Positions 13,935 through 28,971 of a stretch of DNA of 64,000 nt are shown piece after piece. Numbering within the stretch: the stretch's first letter is position 1; each line of letters begins with the position of its first letter. Source of the DNA: Lama glama. Taxonomy: Eukaryota. The notes beneath the pieces were generated by a model. The model searched no databases, was not told the origin of the DNA, and saw only the letters and a list, made by a program, of their open reading frames with translations. The translations under genes were made by a program, and so were the position numbers. The DNA lies in assembly GCA_028534125.1 (NCBI GenBank), contig CM052834.1, positions 620,001-684,000 of the forward strand, in the 5' to 3' direction.

Positions 13935-15670
13935 CTGGGGAGGCACAGGGAGGCGCAGCGTGAGCAGCCCCCATCCCTGGGGACCCCTCACCCCACCCTT
14001 CCTCCCGCAGCACCCCCGGCAGGGTCCGGGCGAAGAGCAGGGAGGTGATGGAGGGCTGGGGGCAGGCAGGCCAGAGGAGGGAGATGCAGTGCCAGGAGAA
14101 GGTTCTGCCAAAGACTGTCCCAGCACCGAGGGCTCCTCACACCTGCCAGACTCCTCCGTCCTGTATCTGCAGCCCTTTCAAGGCCCCCCGTCCCCCGATT
14201 TCCCACTGCCCCTGGTCACATGTCCGTGGCTCCAGCCCGAGAGGCACTTTACTGACGCTGTCTCAACCAGGTGTCCCTGGAAGCTCATGTCCCCACCTCC
14301 TTTCCAGGTTCCCTCCCCGCTCCAGGCCCACCTAGGACCGGGCATCTGGGGGAAGGAGGGGCATGACCAGTGCAGGGACCAGCCAGCTGGTTCCCCAGGA
14401 CTCCCCTGGTTTAGCACTGAAAGCCCCAGGCAGCCCGCCAGCCCTGGGCAAACTTGGACAGTCGGCTACGCTGCTGCCCAGTGAGAGGCTCCTCCAAGAA
14501 GCCTGGCAGTTAGCGCCGGTCCACGTCCCAGCCCCGCACACGGCCGAGCACCCAGAGCTGTGTGTCCAGAGGGGCCGTGGGCGCCACGGGAGGGCACAGC
14601 TCTGAGCCAGGCCGCCTGAGTCCGAATCCCACCCCACCGGGTTTTGCTTGTGTGCCTAGAGCAAGTGAGCCAGCTTCCTGCGACTTATCTGAGGAACGGG
14701 GTCCTGACAGCTGCTCCCCGGGACGGCGGCGAGCGCCCGCTGTGAGGCCCTGTGGACAACACCCTGCCCGGGGCGAGCCCCACACAAGGCGGGCTTCACT
14801 GCGGAGAGCAGTGCGTGGCCGGGGGCTTGGGCGTGAGCCGGGGGTGCGGCGTGCTCTACGTATGAAGCAGCATCCTCTTCCCTGCGGACGTGGGAACCGC
14901 GAGAAAGCCCCCTGGAGACCAAGAGGGGACCTCGCCGGGGTGGGGGATGACTGTCCTGGACTTGCTGTCACCAGCCCCTCAGGGCTCGGCCTAGAACCGC
15001 TGTGGATGCCGCACGGACACTTTCCGGTCTCGCTGGCGTGAACCGAGGGCCAGTGGGTTTCCAGGGGAAGGGCTGGAAGGCCACAGGCCGGGAAGCAACA
15101 GCCAAGGAGGAAATTTGGAGTCAACAGCTGAGAGCCTGGGAGTGGCTTCCTGGCCACCTGGGGCCCAGTTTATCTCCTTGGAATCAGAGCATGCCTGGGG
15201 CAGCTTGTCCGCACAGCGATTCAAAAGCAAACACAGGGGGAAACCGGCAAAAATAGCTCTTGCAACCTAATTCTGCCCACTTATCTCCTGCAGGAGGGGT
15301 CCCAGGGGGCTTGGGCACCTGTGTCCTGCAACAGCTTCCAGAAGTGGGTGGATTATATAAAGGGCCGCGGGGAACAGCGTTGGAGAGCTCTTCTGAAGGC
15401 CTGCCATCTGGAGGGCCGCTGCCCTGTGTCTCAGTGAGTGGACCTGGGCAGCCCCACGGTTCGCGTTAACCTGAAGGCTGCGCCTGCCCACCACCCAGCA
15501 CTCAGACTTAGAGGAGCGCTGGGCCTGGTGCCCCAACGCGGCTCGTGTGGGCACGGTGAGGACACTGATCTCCAGCAGGGCCGTCCGCAGAGGGAAAGTG
15601 TCCTGGGACAGCGGCTCAGCGGGGCTCAGAGAGGCCCCCCGCCCTCTGACTTATGGGTCAACAGTCCTGA

Positions 15671-15712
15671 GTGTGTGTGTGTGTGTCTGTGCGTGGTGCG
15701 TGTGTGTGTGTG
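15671..15712. repeat. Interrupted (GT)n microsatellite
   Basis: Direct reading. Confidence 0.9.
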
Positions 15713-17579
15713 TAGGGGCGCCTGCCCAGGCAGGGCCACAGAAGACCGGCTATAGGACAGACGGCAAGTGGACCCTGGGAAGACGGGGCGTTTATTGGAA
15801 AGTTACCTGTGGCATCCAGGCCGTCAGCAGAGGCTGGGCTCAGGGACCCAGTGCAGTGCCCCTTGCACCCTGTCTGCTGGATGCCACCCCTCTTCCTGCT
15901 CCTTAAGTTCTAACCTTTGCCCGGGGAAAGCCTCACTGGGAGGGAGAAGGAGTGGGCAGGGCAGGAATCCCCTCCATCCAGCCACCATCTCTCCAGGAGG
16001 CACTTCTGCTCACTAAATGTGTCTTATCTTCTGTAATTTCTACTCCTGGGTCCTGGCCCCACTGCTCCGACCTCCATGGGACACAGCCCCTGGCACCGTT
16101 CAGGACAACCGCCGTGGCCCCACAGGCCTTTCCTCTGACAGCAAAACATGCCCAGGTCTCTCGGCTGTCCCTGCCCCCCAGCGCCCCCTGGACCCGGTCA
16201 CCCGCCGTGGCAGGAGTTGGGACCTGGAGGGAGGAGGTGCAGGGGCCCCCGGGGCTGGGCTCTCCTTAGAAGCACAGTCAGTGAAGCGGGTGACGAGGGA
16301 GGGAGGGAGGGCACGAGGGTCTCGCCAGGGCGGGACTTGTGGAGACACTCGGAGCTCTGGGGAGTCTGAGAGCTGGGCGGGGTTTTGGGTGAGTGAGCTT
16401 CCTGCGTCTGAGGTCGGGAAGGGTGTCCACGCAGCCCCGGGAGTGAGTCGGGGGGTCAGACCCATCTGCCCGGAGTCGGGGAGAAAGCCGAGAAGCCCTC
16501 CCAGTTTACTCTTGGTTCACACCTGGTTTGCTGGAACCAGGGGGTCTGGACAAAGGAAAAAATGGACACACAGACGTGTCCACTCAGGTTGTATCTGGCC
16601 GTGACAGGCTATCCTCGCCTGCAGGGCTGGGCATGGCTCAGGCCCGGGAGAGGAAGGCCTGGCTGTGCACCAGCAGGGGGAGGGGATGCGGACATGGATG
16701 GGGGGCACCTGCAGCAGAGCCTGCAGCCCCCGGCTGGGGTCAGGGTGACCCCCCCAGGCTCTGAAAGGGGACAGTGGTCCCACACTCTCCCAACCTGAGG
16801 GTGGGCTGGGGAACTTAGAAATCATAACAGAGTAATTCAAAGTGAGATATTGTACATTCACAGAAATAGCAGAAATAACACAGCCAGGCTGAAGAAAGGC
16901 CCCCCTCACCCCCAAGCTGCTCAGTGGGGGTCTGCTGTGCTGGGGTGACGGGGCCGGAGCAGGTCTGCAGCCGGGCTGCCCACTCCCTAAGTGGGTGGCA
17001 GGCGGGCGGGCCTGGGGGCTTGAGGCCCTGCCTCCCCCTCCGGGCCAGGCCAGTGCCTGGCAGCCAAGCCTTCGGCAGGTAACCCAGGGCTCAGTGGTCC
17101 TTCCAAAGCCCTTGGCTGGGAGGCTGGCGTTAGGCCCAAGGTCACTGTCACACCCGCCCAGTCCGGCTCAGCCCGCGCGCCCAGAAGGTGTGGATGACGG
17201 GCATCCCCGGGGGACAGGCGGGTGGTCCTTTCGTGCCCCTGAGCTTCCCCACTTCTGGGGCTTGTGTGGCACTTCCTCCGGCAGGAGGAGGGCAGGGGGT
17301 CTAGCGGGTCAGTCAGTTCCCGGAAGAGGTGGGGGAGGTGGCAGCGCTTGGTGCCCGGTGCCAGGCCGGCATCAGGGTCCACACCGCCCCGGCCGAGAGC
17401 AGGATCTGGGACGGGGTGGGATGCGGAGGTGGGGGGAGCTTCTGGCTTCTGAGCCCGAGCAAAGCGCAGGACACAGCGTGAGGGCACCAATTCTTCCAAT
17501 TCCAGGTTTGAGAGTAAAAACGCGAGTGAAAGAAACCAGAGAAGCGAGAGGAGGCAGAGCGCTTTGCTAAGTGCGTTAC

Positions 17580-17639
17580 CTTGAGGATAATTTCTAACGT
17601 AAAGATACTAGTGAAGACATAGTCTGCATTGCCTAGGAT
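17580..17639 (-). CDS. CACNA1C: CACNA1C exon 22 (IIIS2 alternative), 60 nt
   Basis: ILGNADYVFTSIFTLEIILK; TTTCTTTCAG|...AAG|GTAACG. Confidence 0.96.
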
Positions 17640-17767
17640 CTGAAAGAAAAGCAGAACCGGGTTAGAGCGCGGTGACCAGACACAGCAGAGGCGTGTGCGT
17701 TAGCGACAGAGGGACCAGCCACAGGAGAGAGAGGGGCCGGCAGCACAGGAGGGCCCGCAGGCTTTAC

Positions 17768-17827
17768 CTTCAGAGCAATTTCAATGGTGAAAATGGTAGT
17801 GAAAACAATGTCAAAATAAAACAGAAT
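17768..17827 (-). CDS. CACNA1C: CACNA1C exon 21 (IIIS2, mutually exclusive with exon 22), 60 nt
   Basis: ILFYFDIVFTTIFTIEIALK; TTTTACAG|...AAG|GTAAAG; absent from the ORF track. Confidence 0.96.
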
Positions 17828-17846
17828 CTGTAAAACAAAGAGAGAC

Positions 17847-17880
17847 GGGCGGGGCTGGGCGGGGCTGGGCGGGGCTGGGG
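17847..17880. repeat. (GGGCGGGGCT)x3 tandem repeat just upstream of the exon 21 acceptor
   Basis: Direct reading. Confidence 0.9.
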
Positions 17881-18737
17881 GAGCAGCACGGCGGGAGGGA
17901 GGGCAGGTCAGCGGGGTTCACAGCCCACGCCCCAGCGCCTCGCGGGGGCACTTTCCCCGTGGAGTCGGTCGGGGTGGGAACGGGGTCAGGGCCAGAGGCG
18001 GCTACAAACGCTGCATGCTGAGGCCCCCAGACCTGTCCGGGGAGCTCCCGGGCCCACTTGGCTGGCCCTGGGTCTGGTCGGCAGCCTTGCTCCTTAACTC
18101 GGTTTACTTACAGACCCAGATCAGATCCATGGGTGCTTGTCAGCAGGACAGAATGGGGCTTGCTTTTTTTCTTTTTGTGTGTGTGTGTGTGAAGATGCAA
18201 AGTGCTTAACTCACACTGGGGTGACTCAGCCAGCCGCTGGCGTGGGTGGGACCTACACTGGTGGTGGGCCTTCGGGCGGGGAGGGGGCGCCCCGGGCTGG
18301 GCCGGGCTCCAGGGTTCCTGCTCTGCTCTGTCTCAGGTGGTGGATCAGCGTGGGCCAGCGCCTTTCTCAGCAGGAAAGCTCTGGCCGGGCAGTTTGCAGG
18401 ACCACCTGCTGGCTGGGCAGGGGTCTGGGGGCTCCTCACCTCACACCCTCCTTGTTGGGAATGACACAATTTCGAGATTTTGCGATACAGAACTTATTCT
18501 GGCCTTTGACGTAGGTCACCAGAGCCAGGGCTGGGTCTCCAAACTGAGTTTTTACTTTGTGGAGAGTCACTGAGCTCTCCCGTGTGAAGTCGGTCCCATC
18601 CGCCTGTGCTCCCCCAGTGACGGGGCCAGGTGTAAACCTCTGAGTTCTGGGGACGTAGAGCCCCGGGCGGACCGCCCCGGGCGGTGGAGGTCCTGACCTC
18701 CCGGCCTTGGGCCCTGGGTCCACTCTCGTACTTGCTA

Positions 18738-19160
<423 letters not shown>

Positions 19161-20029
19161 CTACGGCCCCACAGGCAGTGCGCGGCCGGCACGCTGGGAG
19201 TCTCTGCACCTTGAGATACGGCTGTGACCTCCTCGGCTGGCTTTCGCTTCGGGACTTCCCTGCCCCATCATGGAAAGTGATCGCTTTGTACGATCTACCT
19301 CGTATTTTAAGTACAGGGAATGACAGGGCCACCCAGAGACGTGGAGGCCGCCGGACTGGTTAGACCAGACTCCGAGGAGGTTTGCCTGTAGCAGAAATTC
19401 AACCCCACACCTCAGCACAGTTACAAAGAGTGACACAGCTGACCCCTGGGCTCTCACAGGTAGACCCTGGAATCCAAGGGCATCTCACACACGGTCTCGT
19501 CTTGATAGTAGAAAGGGAGGCGGGTGTGCTTGTCACCTTCCTTTACAGACAAAACCGCTGGAACCAGGAAGGAGAGACTGGCCCAGACACACAGGCTGCA
19601 GAGTGCGTGTGTGTGTTGGCAGAGGCGGGGTCGGGGCTTGAACCCAGGCCTTCAGATCCCTGCCCCTGACGTGTGGGTGACTAATGCTCTGAGGGGCCTT
19701 ACTGATGCAGAAGCACCAAGTCCTGGAAAGGAATTTTCTCTTTGAGACAATCCTGGTTCCATCAGAGTTGGGGAAGGTCTACGCTGATTCCCCTTCAAAG
19801 AAACAAACAGAGAAGCCAACAAGCCAATCCACCGAGCTGGCGCCTGTGTGACAGGCAGCTGGACATCAGAGGGGCCTGAGGACAGAGGCCAGGGGCAGCA
19901 CTGCCGTCAGGAAACGGCACTTCGAAGCAGAGGCGCCCAGGACTGCCGGGCTGAGCCGGCTCCCTCAAGGAGCGTCGGGAAGAAAGCTCCCCGTCACGGG
20001 AACTCGCCCATCATGATGACGTGCTGAGG

Positions 20030-20900
20030 TCACAGCCAAAATCACCGAACACCCAACAAGATAAGCCACTGAGGCGGGGAAGCAGAAGACACTACAGATA
20101 AGTGACTGAGGCCCCCCAAGACGGCAGACGCTGGAAGTATCAAGCCACAGGACAGCTGTGCTTGAGACAGTTAACGGAATGGGGGACTTGATCACGAAGG
20201 TGACGGACAGCCAGAAACTCGGACGTGGCAGACAGATCTGGAAAAACCAAGCAGCAGATGGAACTGTCTGAAATGAAAACACGTAAGTTGATCTAAAAAC
20301 TGGTTCACACAGCAACATAGATGGAGCTGAAGAGAGAACTGGGAAACCGGAAGACAGACCCGGAGAAATGCCCAGACTTCCGACAGAGGGACTAGGAGGT
20401 GGAAGGCTCGGAGACGCGAGTGTGTGAGGTGGGGGCGCAGAACGGGGTCCAACCCACGTCTGCTTGGCGGGCAGGGCGCCAGGCGGTGGGAAAGACGACC
20501 AGGCAGCACGGACAGGCACGGCAGCTGCAGCCTTCCGAGAACTCGTGGTTGTTAATCTAACCTGTAGTGTCGCTCAAACGTGACAAAAGTATAAACCCAC
20601 AGGCTCAGGAAGCCTGACACGTTCTAAGCAGAAAAACGGAAGGAAGTCTACGTCCAGACTCGCGGCAGTAAACGCGTCTGGCACCGGGGCCCGTGGGCGA
20701 TGGCGAAAGCTCCTGGAGACAAGGGGCAGGTGCCTCGTAAGGAGGGACAGCAGGAACCCCGACGTCACCGTGGGGTAAGACCCCCAGCGCGCTGAGGGCC
20801 AAGCCCGTCAGCCCGAAAGCACGCACAGCAAGCCTGTCTTTCGACAGGAAATGGAAACAGCGACAGGTCGACAGAGGCCGAGTGAATTTACCACAAAGGA
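20030..20900 (+). mobile_element. Ancient LINE-1/HAL1 ORF1-region remnant
   Basis: A-rich strand; motifs GCTGAAGAGAGAAC and AAACCCACAGGCTCAGGAAGCC resemble L1M ORF1; boundaries approximate. Confidence 0.6.
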
Positions 20901-20906
20901 ACTTCC

Positions 20907-21048
20907 TTCTGTTTTGTTTTGTTTTTTGTCTGGGGAGGTAATTAGATTCTAGAAATTTATGTGTGTGTTTAGTGGAAGTGCCGGGGGTGGAACCCAGGAC
21001 CTCACGCACACTAGGCGCGTGCTCTGCCCCTGAGCGACACCCTCCCCC
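20907..21048 (-). mobile_element. tRNA-derived SINE, same Vic-1-like family, inserted into an old L1
   Basis: Reverse complement aligns with the other two copies; (GTTTT)n tail. Confidence 0.82.
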
Positions 21049-21523
21049 TAGAGTGCACTTTAGAAGGAAAGAAACCGATTACAGAAGGATGGACTGCGAC
21101 GCATGAAAAATGGTGAACCAACAAAAAGGCAAGTGGCATGCAAATTCAAACACACCTGCCTGCATAATGATGCCGATCACGCTAGCTTTCTGGGTTAGAA
21201 GCAAAGGCCAGGGCTAAAGTGTTCACCCACCGCAACACGCAGGGCGGGAGGCTGGGAGGAGCTAAATTCACCTGGCTGTTTTAACTCCTTCCATTTTGCA
21301 GGAGAAGGCTGATGACTTTGCTTAATCTCAGCTTTTGTTACATCAAATGTAACCAACAGGCCAGAGACAGAGTCCACACATTTCAAAAGATGGAGAAGAA
21401 AGACAAACACAGGTCCTCTGATTCGGAACCCAGGCCTTTCCCCTAAATCAGCATCTGTTTACACAAGGTGGGGGGTCCCACCCATGGGCTGGAGGGCGCC
21501 GGGCTTGCCCCGCCAGCTACTCA

Positions 21524-21685
<162 letters not shown>

Positions 21686-22334
21686 TTATTTTTACCTCCG
21701 TGCTGCCTACTTGCAGACCCCTTCCGACGGGCAGGAATCAGATAGCTTCTGTGTCTCGGGGGATGAAGAGGGCCCAGCAGGACCCCAGCTCTCTCCCTGG
21801 GGGCCTGGTGGGGGCTCATGTCTGCTGGAGGCTGACTCCCCTGGCAGACACGAGGCAGGCTGTGAGCTAGGGGACACCTCATCCTGGTTTGCCCAGCCTG
21901 GCCTGGTTTTAAGCTGAAATTCCCGCACCCCAGGAAACCCCTCGCCCCCCCATAAATTGGGATGGCTGGTGACCCCAGCATCAGGCACTAGACAAGGTGG
22001 CCACGTGAGACTGGGACATTGCCAGGTGTCCTCGTCCGTCTAGGCTTCAGGCAGGGGAAGGGGCATGGCTTGCTTGACCTGCTCCTGACAAGCAACCCCA
22101 GCCTTGAAGATTCCAGGAGCTTAAAATCGACACTCTCCCTAGTCCTGAAAACACAAAAGGACGCTGTGCTGCGGGGACAGTAATGCTGCTGTCACAGGCT
22201 CTTTGTCTGAAGGTCTAGGCGCCGACACCAGTCACAGAAGCACTTTGCTCCCTGGGCTGGTGGCCACACCGAACGTGGACCACAGGCAAACGGCTCGTGC
22301 CCTGAATATCCTGTTCTGGTCGAATGTTTAGAAG

Positions 22335-22490
22335 GGGATGGAAGTTAAGAGCATGGACTCCCCAGCCAACGCCTGGATCCCATCTCGGCTCTGCTTCTTT
22401 CTGGCCACGGGCATTGATTTAGTCCCTCTGAGCCTCAGTCTCCCTGCCTGTAAGATGGGGTCACGGCACGTATATTCCTCAGGATGGTGC
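22335..22490 (+). mobile_element. MIR SINE
   Basis: GTTAAGAGCATGGACTC...CTCTGAGCCTCAGTCTCC...TGTAAGATGGGG. Confidence 0.75.
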
Positions 22491-22617
22491 TGTCTGTCTC
22501 CGTCCACGCGAGCTGCTCCTAGCCTGTGAGCTAGGCTTAGCTTCTCCCTCAGTCGGTCTCTGCCTGTTAATCCCCAACAGACTTTCCACTTTGCCCAAGG
22601 TCTCTCTGAACGCCCAC

Positions 22618-23008
22618 TGACATGGGTGGATAGCGTCCCCCCCAAGTTCACGTGCATGCGGATCCGCAGAGCGTGACCTTATTTTGGAAACAGCGTCTTC
22701 GCAGATGTGACCTGTGATGCTGTCATCTGGGACCGGGGTGGGGGGCCCTAGTTTCAAGGCCTGTTGACCTTACGCGGAGACACACACGGGGCAGAAGGGG
22801 AGGCAGAGACAGGGGTGGGGGGCAGCGACAGCCGGGGCCCCAAGGGCTGCATTGACGGCAGTGTGAGGGGTGACTCCTGAGCCGTTGGTGGGAGTGTGGT
22901 CCTGCCAACACCCTGACGTCTGGCTTCCAGGCTCCAGAACAGCGAGAGGACAGATTCCTGTTGTTCAGGACCCGCCCCCACCGCGGGATGGTTAAGGCGG
23001 CCCTGGCT
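22618..23008 (+). mobile_element. MLT1 (MaLR) solo LTR
   Basis: GTGACCTTATTTTGGAAA, GCAGATGT, CCTGCCAACACCCTGA, CTCCAGAAC motifs typical of MLT1. Confidence 0.78.
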
Positions 23009-24529
23009 CCGCCCTCTCCCTGCGGGACGGTCTCCCCAGAGCCGCGGGCACCCCCAAGACAGCACCCTCCCCTGGCTCTCCTGAGTCCCTGCGCCCAGAA
23101 GCCGCCTTCCCGTGAACCCCGCCGGCCTTCCGCCTTCACCTGGCCCTTGGGACAAGGCGGCTCAGACGCCTGGCCTGACGTGTACCTGTTCCAGCTCTTC
23201 ACGTGCTGAGAGCCCTGCAGACAGAAGCCACGCCGGGCACACGGGAGTGACCTCCTGGTGACGACTCCCCTCCACAGCGACGCTCACTGCACAGGAAGGG
23301 GCCCCGCAGGAGCTCAGATGGAGACCGAGCTGGCTGGGAGGTGGCTCTGGGAAGCCCACCTTGCGGACTGGCCCTGCCTCTGGGCGCCCCTCTCCTGGTT
23401 ACTACGAAAACCCGCCTGGCACAGAGAGTAGCTCTTTATCCAGCAGGAGGTGTCTAGGGACCCGGGGCCTTTTGGAGGACGGGCAGACCACAGGCACGGA
23501 TCCCCTCCCTCGAGGGGAGCTGACCGGCGAGGCAATTAATATTCAGCTGCAGAGTGGCACGCGGTGAGGGCTGCGTCCAGGCCAAGGGCTGAAGCTTGCT
23601 AACCAGCCCTGGCGAGGCCTCCTATTAAAGCAAAGCCGGTAGGACCGGAGTGGGCGAAATCACGGCGCTGACTCGCAGAATCGGGCTGGAGGGGCTCAGG
23701 TCCCCGCCTGGACCTTTGTCCTCTTCCAGTTTGCTGTAAATGACCCGACACTTTCTTACTCGTGGACATTTGAGGACAGGTCATTGAACGCTATTTCCAC
23801 CATCTGTGTTTACAGAAGAACACGCTGGCAGCTCCCTGCTGGTCTGAGCATCTCTGGATGAATCGTGCATGCGCTGGTCCTGCCGCGCAGCTGGGAGGGC
23901 TGGGCTGGCTTGGTTCTCGGGGAGAGGGGGTCAGCGTCCGTCCAGTGCACAGCAGTCGGGTTTCTAGCACCGCGTGTAAGCGGAAACTACCTCTGAAGGA
24001 CGAACCCAAACTTGTAAAGGGACAGAAGGTGGACAGCGAGTGATGCTTCGCAGGCCCCAGGTGTGAGGAGGGAGGTGCGGGATCGGGGAGTCAGGCAGAG
24101 CTCCTTCCAGGGGGGCAGCTGACCGTGCGGACGCCCAGGTGCCAGCGGGGGCTCATGGGGCTCTTTGTCTTGTCAACGCCGTGCCTGGAGCTTTGAGAAG
24201 CGCGGTGAGCCGGGTCCTGCCGCGTCCAGATGGTGGCTGCAGACTCAGCGGAGACCGAGGCGTGGCTCGGTGCCCACCCTTGGCCCTCGCGGCCCTGCCC
24301 CTCCCCACTGGGTGCCCGTTCTCACTGCTGGGGCTCTGCTCAGGCTGCTCTGACTCCTAGGGCCTATGAAGCCACAGCCTCGCCCTCAAGGAGAGTCCAG
24401 CTCTCCGTGCGGCCTGAGTCCAGCAGCCCTAAAAGGCCAACACCGAGGGCCAGGCCGGGGACGCACTTCCTGCCCTGGGTGTCTTCTTTTTCAGGCCACT
24501 CCCTTCTCTCTCCCACCTCTCCGTCCGGC

Positions 24530-24705
24530 TGGCCCGGCCTCTGGATGCTCGCAGGTGGCCCCTCCGCGTCTCAGCGGGCCCCCCACCCACGCTGCCATTG
24601 CCCCGCCTGGCCAGCTGCACCACGGTCCTCCCCATCCTGGTTCTAATCCTCCCGCCCCACGCAGCAGCCAGAGCGCGTCTTTCACAAGGGAGGTCGGACG
24701 TGGGC
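24530..24705 (+). mobile_element. L2 LINE remnant (similar short L2 pieces near 7760-7840, 43075, 45475, 58595 and 59865)
   Basis: CCACGCAGCAGCCAGAG-type and TATTTATT-GCCTACT-type L2 motifs. Confidence 0.5.
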
Positions 24706-26024
24706 TGAGAACCTCCGGTGGTCCCTCCGCGTCGCGCAGTCCCTCTTGCTGTCTTCCTGTTTAAACTCTAAAGACACACACGAGGAGAGAGACTTGACGA
24801 GAACGTCTACACCAGCCTCAACACCCACTGACAACTTGCCCATCTCGTTTCACGATACCGTCTCTGCCTCCATTCTTCGTTGCTGGAACATTTTAGAGCG
24901 ACTTCTAAACGTCTTAGACTCCAGCTGTGAATGTGTCAGTGTTTACAAAGCAGAACTACAATAACAACAGTATCGTCCCAACACGATCAGCAGAAACTTG
25001 AAATTGGTTGGATCCCGGCCATATTCAGCTTTCCCTCGTGACGTGAAAACGTCACTGTGAGGTCTGTTCCTTCAGGATCGAGAAAGACCATCCCGCTGCC
25101 TTTGGTCGATGCTTCTGGTGTGTCCTGGAAACTCTGCAGTAGTTTCCGCCCAGAAGGGCTTTCTGCCTGGCACACGGACACCCTCCGGGTCTTCCCTCCG
25201 TCCCGCCCCTCTGAGCCCCAGGAAGCCCCCTCCCCTCCCCCGCAGAGGGAACTGGGCGGGCGAGAGGCTCAGGCTTGGGCGTGAGTGCGGAAGCTTCCAA
25301 CCGCCCGACACGAGGTTATGACCAGCGCAGCCCAGCCTGCACCGAGGGGGTCGGCAAGACCAGCAGGGCCTTGGCGGTGGGGGGTGACTTCGAGCTCGAA
25401 GCCGGCGACAACACCTGCAACTCTAGGGAAAGCGAAGGCAGCCAGGGCTCACACAGGGTGCGGGTTCCTACTCGGGAAGCAAGCCTGAGGGGGGCCGACA
25501 GGCTGCTGACATGAAACCCTCTCCAGGAGGCCCGCCGGCTGAGTCACGGGTCAGACGGCGGCCGGACGCTGAGTCGGGCGGGAGGAGCTCTTTCTACGTG
25601 AGAGGCCTGAGAGCATCCCACGGAGCGGGCCCGAGGGGACGGCGGTGCTGACGGCCGTGCGTGTGCTCAGAGCACCTCCTGGTGAGGGCAGGACAGAGTC
25701 GGGGTTTACCACGACCGCAAGTGAGCAGGATGCCGCAGCGCACGTTCCGCAAGTAAGTTCTGCGACCGAATGGTGCTTTTCCAACACGGGCTGTGGTCAC
25801 ACCTTCACGTCTAAGCGACCCAGATCCCGAAGCCTCAAAGGCGCTGCTCAGACACGGTTTACTCAGTCTTCCGCTATTATTACCAGGAAACCAGGAGAGT
25901 TCTGCCCCTGCTGGCAGCGGGCGGGGCGCACGGAGGCGGCGCGCCTGGAGCCAGCGTGCGGCTTGAGAGCGGGTCTCCCCCCTCCACCCCGTCCCCTCTC
26001 CAGGCGGGGCAGTGGGGCTGCTAC

Positions 26025-26094
26025 CTGTCGCTTCCGGGCGGGGGTAGGAAGACTTGTCCTCACTTTCGTTGGGCTGGAGGTCATCCATGTTGAT
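26025..26094 (-). CDS. CACNA1C: CACNA1C exon 18 (II-III loop), 70 nt
   Basis: [23 protein letters not shown](G); TAG|ATC...G|GTAGCA. Confidence 0.95.
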
Positions 26095-26383
26095 CTAGGC
26101 GGTCAAGGGAGAGAAGCAGCGCCCAGTTAGGCAGGGCCCACGGTTTTAGGGCCTCAGAGGGGCCTCGCAGCCCTCGCAGCCCCGCTCCCGTCCCAGCCGG
26201 GCTGCCGACGCAGAAGCACGCCTGCGTTGCTCTGCACTCGGCCCTCTGGAGCCCACGGGAAGCTGGCCGCCTCCTCCTCCCCGCGCCCCCGGCTTTGCCG
26301 TCCGCCCTCCCCGCCGCACCCACCGAGCTCCCCCCCAATCTCCACGGGCGCGGCAGCGGCCCAGCCCCTGGAGGCGCCCTCAC

Positions 26384-26504
26384 CTTGGTGGCCGGCGGGG
26401 ACTCTCCGGCGGCTGTGACGGATTTCAGCTCAATTTTTTCCTCCTTGGTCTCCTCCACCGCCGGCTTCTCCACCATCTCTTGTTTCTTCTCTGGGCTGGC
26501 AGTC
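26384..26504 (-). CDS. CACNA1C: CACNA1C exon 17 (II-III loop), 121 nt
   Basis: [40 protein letters not shown]; AG/GTGAGG. Confidence 0.96.
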
Positions 26505-27114
26505 CTGGCCCGTCAGCGGGAGAAAGCAGAAAGGGGTGTTGGCTGGAGGGCCGGGGACCCGCCCTGGGGTCTGCTGGGGGCCGGCTGCCTGGGCCTGTGT
26601 CCACCTGACTTGCAGGGCCCGTGCAGCTCTGTCACAAACGCCACTGGGCCTCGCCTGGCTCTGGCCTCGCCAGAAGGTTCCTGGAGAACTCTGCTCAGTG
26701 CCCAGCAGGTGCGTGGCCCAGGACAGTGATGGAGACAGTGTGGGGCCCTGGCTTGTCTTCTCCACCCCGGGGACGAGGAACAGAGTAGTGAGGAGGACCC
26801 ACTCTTTCCGCTGGAACTGTGTTTCTCCTCTGAGTGGCCGCTTCCCCCTCCATCCTTTACTCCCCCCACAGGTCATGGCCTGTCTTCTCAGAACAGAGTC
26901 CCCAACTTCCCGGACAGGTGGGGAAACACAGCACCTTCCCAGAGACTGTGATTCACAACGGCCCCCGCTTAGAGCAACGCCTGGGGACAGGGAGAGGCCC
27001 CGCTTGCTCCAGGGAGCCCCCGTGCAGCCCCCTTCCAGGAGCGACGGCCTCTCCTCAGCACCCACGGGAGCGGCATTCCAGACCCAGGCCGGGGCCGGGG
27101 AGGCTCGGGGGTTA

Positions 27115-28971
<1,857 letters not shown>

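Noticed and set aside
21950-21960. CArG-like CCATAAATTGG (also CCTATTTTAGG near 36038)
   Set aside because: Seven A/T bases between CC and GG; does not fit the CC(A/T)6GG consensus
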